DNA of 64,000 bases from Octopus sinensis (lineage: Eukaryota). A program made the translations under genes and the position numbers. Numbering within the stretch: the stretch's first letter is position 1; every line of letters starts with the position of its first letter. The stretch spans positions 30,442,001-30,506,000 of the forward strand of contig NC_043020.1 in assembly GCF_006345805.1 (NCBI RefSeq), written 5' to 3'. A model generated the notes under the pieces. That model was not told where the DNA came from. It was given only the letters and a program-made list of their open reading frames with translations, and made no database searches. Below, piece by piece: positions 38,937 to 51,349 of the stretch.

Positions 38937-41900
38937 TCAGCTTCCAGATCAGAGGAAAGTGGTAAGTGATCTTTTCTGTCATATCTTTTATTTTTTTTAC
39001 TTGTTTCAGTTGTAAGCTTGTGGCCATGCTGGGGCACCACCTTGAAGAACTTTTAGTCAAATGAACTGCACCCCAGGGGTTATTTTTTTTTAAGCCTGGC
39101 ACTTATTCTATTGGTCTCTTTTGCTGAACTGCTTAGTTATGGGGATGTAAATACTCAGACACAAACTCGCCTGCATGCACACGCAATAATAATAATCATA
39201 ATAATAATAATAATAATAATCATAATAATAATAATAATAATAATCATAATAATAATAAATGCCCTGATGCAGTACCAGGCAGTGGCTCTCATGGCTTCTG
39301 ATCTTAACTGATTGGAAGTGTCATCATGTACATTGTTTTGTCTTGGTATAAAAGATGGGCTACAGCAAATATTCTGCTCAATACCACAGATTTGCTTGTC
39401 AGTTGTTTGACCTTAACCAGTTGAGCATGTCCCTTACTGGCTGACGATATGTGCATCTCTGATCACGAGCAGAAGTAGTGGGGGAGCATCATGGCCATGT
39501 GTTGAGAGGGATTCTTTGGAGTTTGAATGGTTCACCTCTGGAAACATAGGTGTTTCGTTCAACATCCTAAAGCAACCCTTATTCAGGGACCGTTTGAGCA
39601 GGATGGGCTACTCAACCTGAAGAAAATTCTAACTGGGCCCCACCTGCAAGGTCATGTGCTGTTTATCTTGATATGAGATCACCATGTCGCGCACATATGG
39701 TTGTGATGCATGTGCCTGGTGTACCTTTATCAGACGGGTAGTCATGATGGGTATATTGGGCTTCGTATATTTTACCCCAGTGTCACTTTGATGGCATGAA
39801 CTGCTCTCTCACTCAATAATAATAATAATAATAATAATCATATACATTTTTACTTTCAGGCTGGTTGGACTCTTTTGCTTTTGGCATGATGCTGGTTGCT
39901 CACCTTTATCTCATGAGAAAGATGCTGCTGCTCTTACCAAAGACATTTACTTATGGAGAACTGGTCCTTGTTTCCCAACTTATACAATATTTTGTTCACA
40001 ACAATGCCCTGTTGGTAATAAAGGTAACATATTTCTCTCCTTGTCTTTTTCTATTGCTCTAACTCTACGGGTGAAATGAGAAAATAGTAACAGATGGAAC
40101 AAAAGGGAGAATCTTCCTCTCATCAGCTGCCTAATCATTGCAAACTTTCAGTTTTGGTACTTAGGACAGTACTGCATATCTTTATGTAAACTGTTTATTT
40201 CATAATTAGACTGCAACCCAATTTGAGGTATTAATTGGGCTGTGGTATAATTACGAAAGGGTTGCAATGACAAAAATATTTTTGACATATGAAATCAACA
40301 TCATCACTACGACCCCCATCGCCATCACCATCTCAACTGCCTTCTTCATCCTCACTTGCAATGCATTGGTCAGCCCAGGGCTATAGTAGAAGACAGTTTC
40401 TCAAAGTGCTATGCATTGGAACTGAACCTAAAACCTTGTGGCTATAAAGCAAGCTTCTTCATTACACAGCCATGCCTGCACCTATAAAAATTTTGTTTGG
40501 TTTGGCTGGGTTGTGATCCAGGATCGGACACTGTCCCCTATTGGTCATTGCTATAATATCCCTTACTTTGCCCCAACTCAATAAATCTATCCTTCTTTTC
40601 CTTTTGTTTTACAGAAAATGACTGCAGGAATTCATGTTTTAGACATGGAAGTTATAATTGCCGTAAGTATTTGTGAATATTTAATCATTATTTATTTATC
40701 TTATTTTTACTTTTAAAATTCTGTATTTAGTAAGTAATAACTTTGTTGGTGATTAAGAAGTTTCTAACGAACCAATTTACTAATCTGTTGCATTACTTTT
40801 GGAATGATTTTTGAGGATAAAATTTTGGTTTTGTTTCCATCTTTTTTTGTTTTCCAGACTGTGGTTCTTACTCTGGCCATTTCCGCAGCTATTTTCCATA
40901 ATTCAAAGGTTTCTCCAATCAAATTCTATGTGACATACGGTCTGCTAGCAAATGCTATAATAATCTTTTGGATAATGCTGTTGCACCCATTTAGTTTTGA
41001 GAAGTTGGTCCATTATGTGAGTAGAAACCAGGTAAGATTCTGAAGAGAAACAGGATGATATGGTTGGGTCAGGTACTGAGGAAGAATGAAAATAACTGGG
41101 TGAGAGGAGACGATGGAAATGAACGAGGGAGGTGGAGGAAAGAGAAGATTGAAAAAGACATGCTTGAAGGTGATGGGGAGGGGGAAGAAATTGGGATAAC
41201 AGAGTTAATGAGGTGAGATGTAGAAGATGGGGAAAAAATGGGGTAGAATTTCCTGAGATTTGTATGGCAAACTTCTGAGTAAGGAAATGGTCCTAGCACT
41301 TGGCCCTCAATGTTTAAACCAGCCATATTCTATCTGTTTTATGTTCAAACTGCTCAGATGTGGCCTTTCACACCTACCCTCAAGATATACAGCCTCATCA
41401 TTGAAATCTTGAAGCTAAGAAATGGTAATGCAAGAGGAATTGAAAACGGTGAGACTCAATGAGGATTGCATTCGACAGAATAACATGAATAGTAAAAAGT
41501 TAAAATATTTCTCGTTTTCTGTTTCGATTCCTAATGTTTCTCTTGTTGATGTTGACGTTGTTTGTTTCCGAGTGAACTCTAAACAAATATGGGTCTCAGG
41601 GTGCACACTAGAGAGCAGAATCTGTTCTTTGTGCAATGTCTTCACCTCTGACTTACAGCCATGAAACAAAGCAAGTGCAAAGTGACAACCTGGACATGTT
41701 GTCCACTGTCCACTGTCCAGTTGATGGATAAAGTCGGAGTTGATTGTTGTTGCTGTTATTTAGCCCCATACATATGGAAACTGTATGGAAGCCGACGTAG
41801 TTGGGAAGCAAATTTCTTCCCAGCTGCACCTGGGCCTATTCTTCATGTTCCTATGCTTGCATGAATCGGGTGGAACTTTATTGAGGCAGATTATCCCTAC

Positions 41901-44900
41901 GGCAGGATGCCCTTCCTGTCACCAACCCTCATCTGTTTCCAAGCAAGGTAACATTTGCCCCATGGCCAGACATGTTTCTCTCTCTCTCACCCTCTCTCTC
42001 TCCCTCTCTCTCTCTCTATATATATATGCACATACACACACACATTTATATGCATACATATATAAAACGTATAAAACTATATATTATGTGTTATGTTTTA
42101 CTGTGACAAACAGATAAATGTACAAATGTTTCTCTTTTCTGTGATTTCAACTAGATCTACCTATTGAGTTATTGGGTTTTATGGTCAGTTATGGCCATTG
42201 CAGTGGTCATTTACTTCAACAAACACAAAAACAGAATACATTATGATGTACGCAAATATTTTCATGTGATTATGGTTGCTGTTTACCTGCCTGGCTTGCT
42301 ATTGGAACCTATGATGCTGGCCTTGGCAGCGTGGTGTGCCTTTGCTCTTCTTTTTCTGCTGGAGGTAAAGATTTATTTTATATGTCTGTCTGTCTGTCTC
42401 TCTGTCTTGTTTTCCCAGTTTCATTTTGTCCTTGTGGGGCACAAGGGTTTTGAGGTAAAAGTTTGAGCCACTATATTCAGATTGATCAATTTTTATACCT
42501 GTAACAAATTGGGGCTCAAACCATTAATGATATTTCTCTCTTCCAAAAACAAAAATAAACTCATTATCTAAGAAATAATTATAGAACAGAATCGTTAGCA
42601 CATTGGGCAAAATGCTTGGTGGTACTTTGTTGTCCTTATGTTCTGAGTTCAAATTCCACTGAGGTCAATTTTGCTTTTCATCCTTTTGGGGTGAAAGAAA
42701 ATAAGTACCAGTTGAGCACTGGGAAAGATGTTATCGACTTACCCAGCCCCACCCCCCAATTTTGTGCCAAAATTTGAAATCCATAATCATCATCACCATC
42801 ATCATTATTTAGCGTCTGTTTTCCATGCTAGCATGGGTTGGACGGTTTAACTGGGGTCTGTGAAGCCGGAAGGCTTCATCAGGCCCAGTCAGATTTGGCA
42901 GAGTTTCTACGGCTGGATGCCCTTCCTAACGCCAGTAGTAATGATAAACATAACCATAATTATAATCTGTTCTCCATTGGGCAGAAGTCCTGCAGTTTTG
43001 GGAGAGGGGCCAAATGAATTGCATTGACCCTAATGTCCAACTGGTACTTATTTGACTGACTCTGAAAGGATGAAGGACAAAGCTGACCACGGCAGAGCTT
43101 GAACTCAGAATGTAGCGATGGATTAAATGCCACTAAGCATTTTTTACTGGTGTGCTGACAATTCTGCCACCTCACTACCTTCTTAATGATGATGAGGATG
43201 ATGAGGATGATAGTTTCTAATTTAGGTACAAGGCCAGAAAGTTCAAGGCAGTGGGGATGGGTGGGCTTACTCAATGACTGAACCCCAGTTCTTGACTGGT
43301 ATTTTATTTTATTGACCACATAAGGATGAACAGCAAAATTGATCTTGCCAGGATTTGAACTCAGAATGTAAAGGACTGGAGCAAATACTGTAAGGCATTT
43401 TGTTTGAGACACTAATGCAGAGAATTTGCCTGACCAATTCATGCAATAAACGAAGGAAGCTGGAAGTGAAGAAAGCTGGCTGTTGCTGAGAGATGGAAAG
43501 CTGAGAACAACTCAATAGAATGAATTTGATTGAGACAAATCCAGTCAGACAGCTAACACAGAATGGGAAGAAAAGTGAATGAAAGTTTTCACTTTATGCT
43601 AAGGAAGTGCTGTGAGCTAGTACAAAAAGAGAGTAAACAAAGGCATAAATGTGTTGGTAAAACTGTACATTGGGATGTGTACATAAGTAACCTAATTAGA
43701 CTTGGACAATGCTTAGATATTGGGGTCTAGTTTAGGGAGGTTCTGTGCCATAGACAGAGAACTGTTTTAATTTAACGCAGCCTGAATAACATACACTAGA
43801 TTAAAAAAAACCTATAACAACTAAATATTTTGGTTTATTTCAGCAATTCCGAATGTACAAAATTCCACCTTTATCTTCATCCCTGGAATCGAGTCTGTCT
43901 TTATTTTTGGACGAGAAAGACAGTGGTCCAATGCTGGTCAGTCATATATACCTGTTGGTTGGATTCTCAGTTCCAGTTTGGCTGTCAACCGATGCTGGAC
44001 ATTTCCTCACTTCTGGTCAGTTTCCCTTGTTATGATATTTCAACTCTACAACACGAGTGTACTCTGCTGTACGGTAGAGTACAGTAGAATAGGATAGAGC
44101 ACAGCACAATACCACAGTGTACAGTACAACATATGACAATACAGTGCAATGTACTATACTACAATACATGCAATTAAGCATGTATATACATACTTATGTG
44201 TATACACACACACACACACACAAGCCTACCTTTCTGATTACATGTGCACACACACATATACACTCATACACACACATATTCAAGCATATAGACACATACA
44301 TGTGTGTGCACTTGCTTATTTATCTATTACTATATTTATATAAGCATGTGCACACACACACACGCACACACACACACACACACACAATGCATGTATATGT
44401 AAATAGGCTCAGGTGTAGCTGTGTGGTTAAGATGTTTATTTCCCAAATGTGTGGCTTTGGGTTCAGTCTCACTGTGTGATACCTTGGGCAAGTGCCTTCT
44501 ACTATAGCCCCAGGCTGACCAGAGTCTTGTGACTGGATTTGGCAGACAAAAACTACAAGATGTCCATTGAGTGTGTGTGTGTGTGGTAGGTAGAACAAAG
44601 GATCTCTAGATTACAGATTTGTCTGATAGCCAATACTTCTGGATGAGCTTAATATAGATTAAATACCACAACGGAATTATTGTCATCATGTGATATATAT
44701 ATATATGTATATGCATACATACATATACTTATATGTGTGTGTGTGTCTGTGAGTGTCCTTGATATATAATATGATAGTTTTAGATGAATGTCACTGTCAT
44801 TCGTTTCCAATATTCGGCAAAACATGTCAGGCCAGGGAGGAATAACTCCCCTGGAAGCAGGTGAGTGTTGTCGATAGCCAGGGTATTTGGCTGTAGGAAA

Positions 44901-46100
44901 CCTGCCTCAGTAAACTCCATCCAACCAAGCAAACATGGAGAAGTGAATGTTAAAAAGATGATGATGATGATGATAAAAAATGTTCTTCTATATAAAGTAG
45001 AAATGATGAAAATATAATGAACATAAAAATAAAAATTTCTACAATAAAATGTGAAAAAAGTGTGAAATGTGCAATGTGAAAAATTTTCCTCCTTCACATT
45101 ACACTCCGTCTAATGATTCCCATTACAATTTGTCTTTTGTAGAAGACTATGTCAGCTGCTTTTCTGGTTTGTTGACCCTTGGTGTTGGAGACAGTGCTGC
45201 ATCAGTTGTCGGGATCAGATTTGGTAAAACAAAACTTCCTGGTAAGTTTGCACAAGTTTCTCTGCTTGTAAAGGCTGTTCAGAAAACTCTTATGTACTTT
45301 TAGAGTTGCATGGGTCAAGGGTTAGAGTGTCGGACTCACAATCATGAGATAGTGAGTTCAATTCTTGGACTGGGTTGCGTGTTGCGTTTTTTGTTTCACG
45401 TTGCTCCAGTTCACTCAGTTGCAGAAATGAGTTGCAGTGCCACAGGTACCAAGCTGTATCGGCCCCTTTGCCTCTCCCTTGGATAACATCAATGGCATGG
45501 AAAGGGGGGAGACTGGTATGCATGGGCGACTACTGGTCTTCCATAAACAAACTTGCCTGGACCTGTTCTTCAGAGGAGAACTTTCTAGAAGCAATCCCAT
45601 GGTCATCCCTCACCGAAGAGGGTTTTTACCTTTTTTACTTTTGTAATCACCCTAAGGTCTGGCTGTTGTCTTGTCATCTGCCTGCTTGTCTGTCTCCTTG
45701 TCTCTCTGTCTTGACACCGAAAGCTTATTGCTTTCAAGCAGACATGTCTGGCCATAAGGAAATATTATGTTGCTTGGGAATTAGTCGTGGTTGGCGACTG
45801 GAGAGGCATCCAGCCTTAAAGAAATCTGCCTCAATCAACTGTGTCGGACCCTTGCAGGCAGGGGTTTCATGCATGAAATAGCAGAAGATGAGGAAGTCAG
45901 CAATGGTCTGCGTTGCTAAAGAGTTTTATTCGTTTTGTGAACTTAATGTTTTTTGTTTCCTTTTTTTTTCTAGGTAATTCCAGAAAATCCGTGGAAGGGA
46001 CTTTGGCCTCAATCGTTGCCCAGATCATAGGCGTTGGGTGCTTGAATTACTTTGGTAAATAACTTCTTTATTATTCTTGCTTGGTTCTGGTAAAGCTTTG

Positions 46101-46146
<46 letters not shown>

Positions 46147-46952
46147 AAGAGAGAGACAGCAAGAACAAGAAAGCAATAGAAAGAGAATCATAGAAAGTAA
46201 GAGAGTGAGTGAAAGAGAATGAGAGAGAGAGAGAGAGGGAGAGAGAGAGAGAGAGAGAGAGATTCCCATTAAGTCTGGTTGAAGACGTGACTGTAGTTAG
46301 GGAGTCCACTTCTCAACCATATGCTTCTGGGTTCAATCCCACAGTCTGGCATGTTGGGCCCCAGGTCGACGAAAGACTTACGAGTTGACTTGGTATGTGT
46401 GTGTGTGTGTCTTTATATGCAAGTGTGTGTGTGTGTGTGTGTCTTTATATGCAAGTGTGTGTGTGTGTGTGTGTGGTATTTCCTGTTCCCTTGTCTTAGC
46501 CTTTTGCTCTTTAAACAAATGTTGCCATCACAAAAGAATTGTGGTTTGTTTGTAATCTTCTGTGGAAACATATCGAGACTCGAGGAAAATGTTAACTTGC
46601 TCAAGAAGAGGTGACCATTGGTCAAGACAACTTGTCTTGTTTGAAATATGCAAATATGGAGAAGTAGACATTAAAACGATGATGATGATGATGATGGTGA
46701 TGTCAATGATGGTGATCATGGTGGTGATGATGATGATGATGATGATGATGTTTGTTTATTTATTCAGCAAGCAGAACCGACTGCAACAACAACAACAACA
46801 ACTAATATTAACCATTTTCAGTTTCAGTTCCGCTCACTCCAAGAATCCTCTTCACACTCTCGTTGGCATCGTTCTATGAAGCTTTCACCGACCAAATCGA
46901 CAATCTAACCTTGCCGCTCTTCACTTATTCACTTTTACGCCTTTCGTCATGA
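32597..46952 (+). CDS. DOLK: Dolichol kinase, 12 coding exons, about 502 aa (gene span)
   Basis: Phase-consistent GT-AG exon chain 32597-32699, 35118-35199, 35930-36003, 38350-38520, 39860-40023, 40615-40662, 40858-41031, 42155-42364, 43844-44015, 45143-45241, 45974-46054, 46822-46952 (1509 nt). Contains DOLK motifs LPKTFTYGE, RKYFH, LFLDEKDSG, GVGDSAAS-x-GKTKLPGNSRKSVEG and EAFTDQIDNL; multi-TM profile. Confidence 0.95.
32770..33152 (+). mobile_element. mariner transposase 3' relic with right TIR, in a DOLK intron
   Basis: HYNNARPHT, HSPYSLDL, LTKWQKILERNGD*, TIR AAATGAACTTTTTAGTCAACCCAG-TA. Confidence 0.85.
35118..35199 (+). CDS. DOLK: DOLK exon 2 (HSAAFCWSVYTEWKWQCQTFLISETFCR)
   Basis: cttacag| ... 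AG|gtaagt, phase 1 to 2. Confidence 0.85.
35930..36003 (+). CDS. DOLK: DOLK exon 3 (PRARCSVWSVLLFPLCLLSRIRSS)
   Basis: catttcag| ... A|gtaagt, phase 2 to 1. Confidence 0.85.
36890..37745 (-). mobile_element. RTE-clade LINE reverse-transcriptase C-terminal relic
   Basis: Degenerate KFCYQG..RLHEACARNAQLHGSE..LRDRRGIRGTRCSV. Confidence 0.7.
37826..38060. mobile_element. Tc1/mariner-type terminus (TA-CAGGGTG...)
   Basis: TA-CAGGGTG terminus after a TA-rich repeat. Confidence 0.4.
38350..38520 (+). CDS. DOLK: DOLK exon 4 (FSTYEDALYQSYILVLNP...VAIPLWMEK)
   Basis: ctttcag| ... G|gtgagg, phase 1 to 1, open frame. Confidence 0.8.
39860..40023 (+). CDS. DOLK: DOLK exon 5 (WLDSFAFG...LPKTFTYGELVLVSQ...LLVIK)
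   Basis: ctttcag| ... AAG|gtaaca; LPxxFTxGE motif. Confidence 0.92.
40615..40662 (+). CDS. DOLK: DOLK exon 6 (KMTAGIHVLDMEVIIA)
   Basis: ttttacag| ... GCC|gtaagt, phase 0 to 0. Confidence 0.8.
40858..41031 (+). CDS. DOLK: DOLK exon 7 (TVVLTLAISAAIF...HYVSRNQ)
   Basis: tttccag| ... CAG|gtaaga, hydrophobic helices. Confidence 0.88.
42155..42364 (+). CDS. DOLK: DOLK exon 8 (IYLLSYW...RKYFHVIMVAVYLPG...LLFLLE)
   Basis: aactag| ... GAG|gtaaag; RKYFH motif. Confidence 0.95.
43844..44015 (+). CDS. DOLK: DOLK exon 9 (QFRMYKIPP...FLDEKDSGPMLVSHIYLLVG...)
   Basis: atttcag| ... G|gtcagt; DExDSG motif. Confidence 0.95.
45143..45241 (+). CDS. DOLK: DOLK exon 10 (EDYVSCFSGLLTLGVGDSAASVVGIRFGKTKLP)
   Basis: ttttgtag| ... 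G|gtaagt; CTP-transferase-family motif. Confidence 0.95.
45302..45640 (+). mobile_element. SINE family B copy in a DOLK intron
   Basis: Homology to 12109-12455. Confidence 0.82.
45974..46054 (+). CDS. DOLK: DOLK exon 11 (GNSRKSVEGTLASIVAQIIGVGCLNYF)
   Basis: ttttctag| ... G|gtaaat; KxxEG motif. Confidence 0.92.
46822..46952 (+). CDS. DOLK: DOLK terminal exon (VSVPLTPRILFTLSLASFYEAFTDQIDNLTLPLFTYSLLRLSS*)
   Basis: EAxTxQIDNL motif, TGA 46950-46952; alternative in-frame acceptor at 46828. Confidence 0.92.
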
Positions 46953-49729
46953 CGATGATGATGATGAATCAATGACTCATCGTTATATAAGCAGGGTTGT
47001 TCATCTCTGGTCTTTCATAAAAAACATGTCTGGCCATGGAAGAATATTACCTTGCTTCAAAACGAGACTTGGTGACAGGGGCAGGCATGAACAAATTCCA
47101 TCTGACCCCTGCAAGCGTCGAAAAGTGATCTTTAAATGATGATGATGATGATGATGATGATGGCACACACACACACACACACATTAATGTCAAGTATTGC
47201 AAGGAGTTCCACTTCAATGTTTACAGCTTAAAATAACCTCATTGATTCTATTACGACTAAATTACTAGCACTCAGTGACACTTGTACTTTCACGCAGATA
47301 CGCTGACATGCATAGTCACACACACACACGCACACACACATACACACACATCCATGTTCTTATCTACAGCTCTACCTCACGTCCACACTAATAATTATCC
47401 ATGTTAGCTCCTCATGGACACTCCCTTCTATGTATACTTATGAATAAATATTAGTTTTATTATAATCATCATCATCATTGTCATCAATTTTAACATCTAT
47501 TTTTTGATGCTGGCATGGGTTGGAAGGAGTTCATTTCAGGCATATGTTTCTACAGCTGGATTCCCTTCCTGTTGCCAACCCACACCAATATGCAAACAAA
47601 GGAATATTACCCCATGGCCAGACATGTTTTCACAGAAGATTGGAAAAGAACGACACTGCTTCCTTAACATTTGCAATTGCCATGTATTATCAACAGACAC
47701 ACACAAAGCAGGCTTCTTTCAGTTTCTATCAACCACATCCATCCACAACACTTTGATCATCCTGGGGCAATTGTACAAGTCACTTGCCCAAGGTGCCATG
47801 CAGTGAAACGACCTAGAACCATGAGTTCAGAAAGCAAACTTCTTACCCCACATCATATTTTGATGAATAACTGACACAGCTTAAAATAATGACATTCCAT
47901 CTGATAATGTTTAATCAAATAATGGTTAATGACTCATGTGATATTTCCTTTTGTAAATTGATATCAGGTTATTAATTAAATTTCTATATTTTTTACTTCG
48001 TTAAAAACATCATCAAGCAATGAAATTGTTATAATGTTTTGAAATAAATAAGTTTTTGTAACTAATGATTTTGTCTTTTCTTTCACAAATAATCTCTTTT
48101 AATTGTTGGTTTCTAATTTTGACACAAGGCCAGCAATTTCAGGAACGATCAGTTGGTGCTTTTTACGTGCCACCAGCATGGAAGCCAGTCAAGGTGGCGC
48201 TGGCATTGGCCATGTTCGGATGGTGCTTTTTACGTGCCACTGGCACAACTACAATTTCCATTTGATATTTATTTTGATGTTGATGTACTTGACTCAATAG
48301 GTCTCCTCAAGCACAGCAGGTCACCCCACGATCCAAGGTACTTTGGAATCCATGATCTATATATGACTAGACTGCCAGGCTCCATGACCCCAATCATGCT
48401 GTAGCAGGTATAAAGGGTTAAGACCCTTTATACCTGCTATAGTCATTGGAACGTGGACATGGTGGAGCCCTGCCTTGAAGGGCTTCTAGTTGAACATATG
48501 GATGTAAAGGCTTAATTTTTAAAAAATTTGCTTATTTCACTCGTCTCTTTTGCCAAATCACATGGTTTGGGATTCAGGCCCATTGTGCAAGTGTCTTTAA
48601 CTCTGGCCCCAAGCTGACCAAGCCCTTGTCAGTAGATTTGGTAGATGGAAACTAAAAGAAGCCTGTCATTATACATATGTGTGTGTGTGTCAGTGTGTTT
48701 ATCCCCACCCCATCACCAACACTTGACAACTATTGCTTTGTTTATGTTTTCATAACTTAGCAGTTCAGCAAAGGACACTAATTTAATAAATACAAGGCTT
48801 AAAAGAAATAAGTTCCGGGGTCAATGTGTCCAGCCAAACCCTTCAAGATGATGCCCCAGCATGGCCACAGTCCAATGACCAAAACCAGTAAAAGGTAAAA
48901 GATATACAAAAGACAACAGAAAGCCAATATATAGTCTGTGTACAAAAGAAATTTATTCATTTCTCCATCCATGACCTACACAGTTAGACCACTTTAGAAT
49001 AATTCCCTTACATGTGTCTCCCCCACCCCATTAGAGGCACATGGCTCAGTGGTTTGGCTGTTGGACTCATGATTGTAAGATCGTGATTTCAATTCCTGGA
49101 CTGGGCAATGCATTGTATTTCTTGAACGAGACACTTCATTTCATGTTGCTCCAGTCCATTCAGCTGGCAAAAAGGAGTCATCCTTTGAGGGACGAAGATC
49201 CTTTCTGAGTCATATAAACTCATGTGGATGTTTTCCTGGCTTACGTGGCATATATATTCCCCCTGGATAGGAAACTGGTCCCTCAGAGGATGACTCCTTT
49301 TTGCCAGTTGATTATTAAAAGAATTCTCTTACAGACAAAGAACACCAGAAGGACATTTTTCTGTTGACCATTTGTTAATTCTAATATAATCCTGCAAATA
49401 TATAGGTCCTCCACAAAGGGCTTGTATGAATATTTCACAGACATTTTTTTTTGTAGAGAATCCCTTTATTTATAGATCTTTTTGAATAGAAATTTTTATG
49501 ATTCTTTTATACATTGATACTCCCATGTGTGCGTGGAGTCTATCATCCATGCTGTATTTTGATTTGGTTTAAATCAGAGTCTATATGCAAGTGCCAAGTA
49601 TTATCAGGTGTCTGGTGGTTTCAGAATAAGTTTTGACTTCTCGCTTGGACTCCGTTTTACATTTATACATATATATAGGTATTTCAAAGAAGTCGTTCAT
49701 ATGCGTTGTATGTATGTATCAGTCAGCTG

Positions 49730-49935
49730 TCAATAGATATTCCAGTTTCTCTTGAGTTTCCTACAATTCTTACGGAGATTCTTGGTGTGCTTGACTATCT
49801 CTTTCTGCTGTTGACTTCTTGAACACCAGACGTGGAACTGACAGCAACACGTCATAAGGAAGAGGCCGACAGAAAGGACGATAACGAAAACGAGGATCAC
49901 CGTCGAAGCCTCGAACTGGAATTCGTACGTGTAAC
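49730..49935 (-). CDS. Terminal exon of small single-pass membrane protein (YTYEFQFEASTVILVFVIVLSVGLFLMTCCCQFHVWCSRSQQQKEIVKHTKNLRKNCRKLKRNWNIY*)
   Basis: Strong acceptor ttctatattttcag|, GC-richer coding-like sequence, about 19-aa hydrophobic helix then CCC and a basic tail. Confidence 0.7.
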
Positions 49936-50038
49936 CTGAAAATATAGAAATGCACAAAGACACATTATGCAAAAGGGTGCCAAAGCCTGCGAATAAAGAG
50001 TCTATAGAGTCTTAAAACAAAGGGAAAAGGAAAACAAC

Positions 50039-50066
50039 CGTGTTGGTTATGAAAGTTGTACGACAT
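50039..50066 (-). CDS. Putative first coding segment of the membrane microprotein (MSYNFHNQH-G)
   Basis: ATG at 50066 in an exon-like block (acceptor at 50205); donor G|gttgtt is weak but phase-compatible. Confidence 0.45.
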
Positions 50067-50885
50067 CTTAGAGTGGAAAAATCTTCCTGCAATAAAAATG
50101 CGTAACCCGAGTCGAGTCCATGGCTTCAAATCAGAAAAGCTGAAGTTTCTATAGTCAACCGGTCTCCTCTGTAGCGAATGTCCCTGGTGTAGGAAAACCT
50201 GACCGCTGAAACAATCCATAGCTTTCCACACGTGATCGAGATGTGGAGGCAATCATGAAATTGAACGTCGCGAATCATACAGCAGGCAATGGTTGTTGAA
50301 GCGAAGGCTGTAGATCTTTTTACTCGGAGTCACCACTTTAATGGGTTTTAGCCCATTAAATTAATGTAAGATTCTAGTCATCAGTTTAGTGATGGTACAA
50401 CTAGTATGGTGGTTCTCTATCTTTGTGCTATGTTGCTATAACACGGCTGAGTGTTCACAGCTTGTTGATTACTGTGTCTGTGTGTTCGTTCAAGAGTAAT
50501 TGATATACAGAGACAAACGGACGAAACTCAACGGTGGTTCGTATACAAAGAGAGACGGTCAAAAGACTGGCAGAATCGTTAGCACGCCGGGCGAAGTGCT
50601 TAGCGGTATTTCGCCTGCCGCTACGTTCTAAAACTTTCTTAAAATGGATGCAGTTTTGAATTAAACTCGAAGATTTCTTCACTTCAAGCAAATTTTTTCA
50701 GCACTGTCTTCAAATTATGACTTTTTAATTAAACACAAACAGATTTCAGTATAAACTTTCGGAAAATATGCTCAAAGAGAAGCAAAAATGATTCTATGAA
50801 TCTTCTCAGTTGAAAAAAGCCTTTCTGACAAAAGAAATAATTCCTGACAGGTGGGAATAAAATGACGTGTTAATTTTCATTTCTG

Positions 50886-50950
<65 letters not shown>

Positions 50951-51349
50951 GTACGTATGTGTGTGTGTGTGTATGTGTGCGTTACCAGTACCACAAATCT
51001 CTCTCTCTCCCCATTCTTGAGAGAATGGAGTATATTACAAAGCGCCTCAGCTTGTGTTTGTAGACAATTGAAAAGAATCCTTTTTTTTAAAAAAAAGAAC
51101 TTCTTCATATCCCATTTTGTGGACAAAGTTTATCAAATTTTGTATGTATGTATGTATGTATGTACATACGATATGCAAAGGTACATGAAGCCCAGTTACA
51201 ACTACAGCCGGCTATTACCAGTAAAGGTCTTAGTTGCCAATTCTGTACAAGACATTGTAGATCTTTAGCTGGGTTAAAAAGTCACATTCGATCACAGCAC
51301 CAATAACAGTTAAGCTTCGTGCAATGGTTATACTCGATAACGAGGGGGC

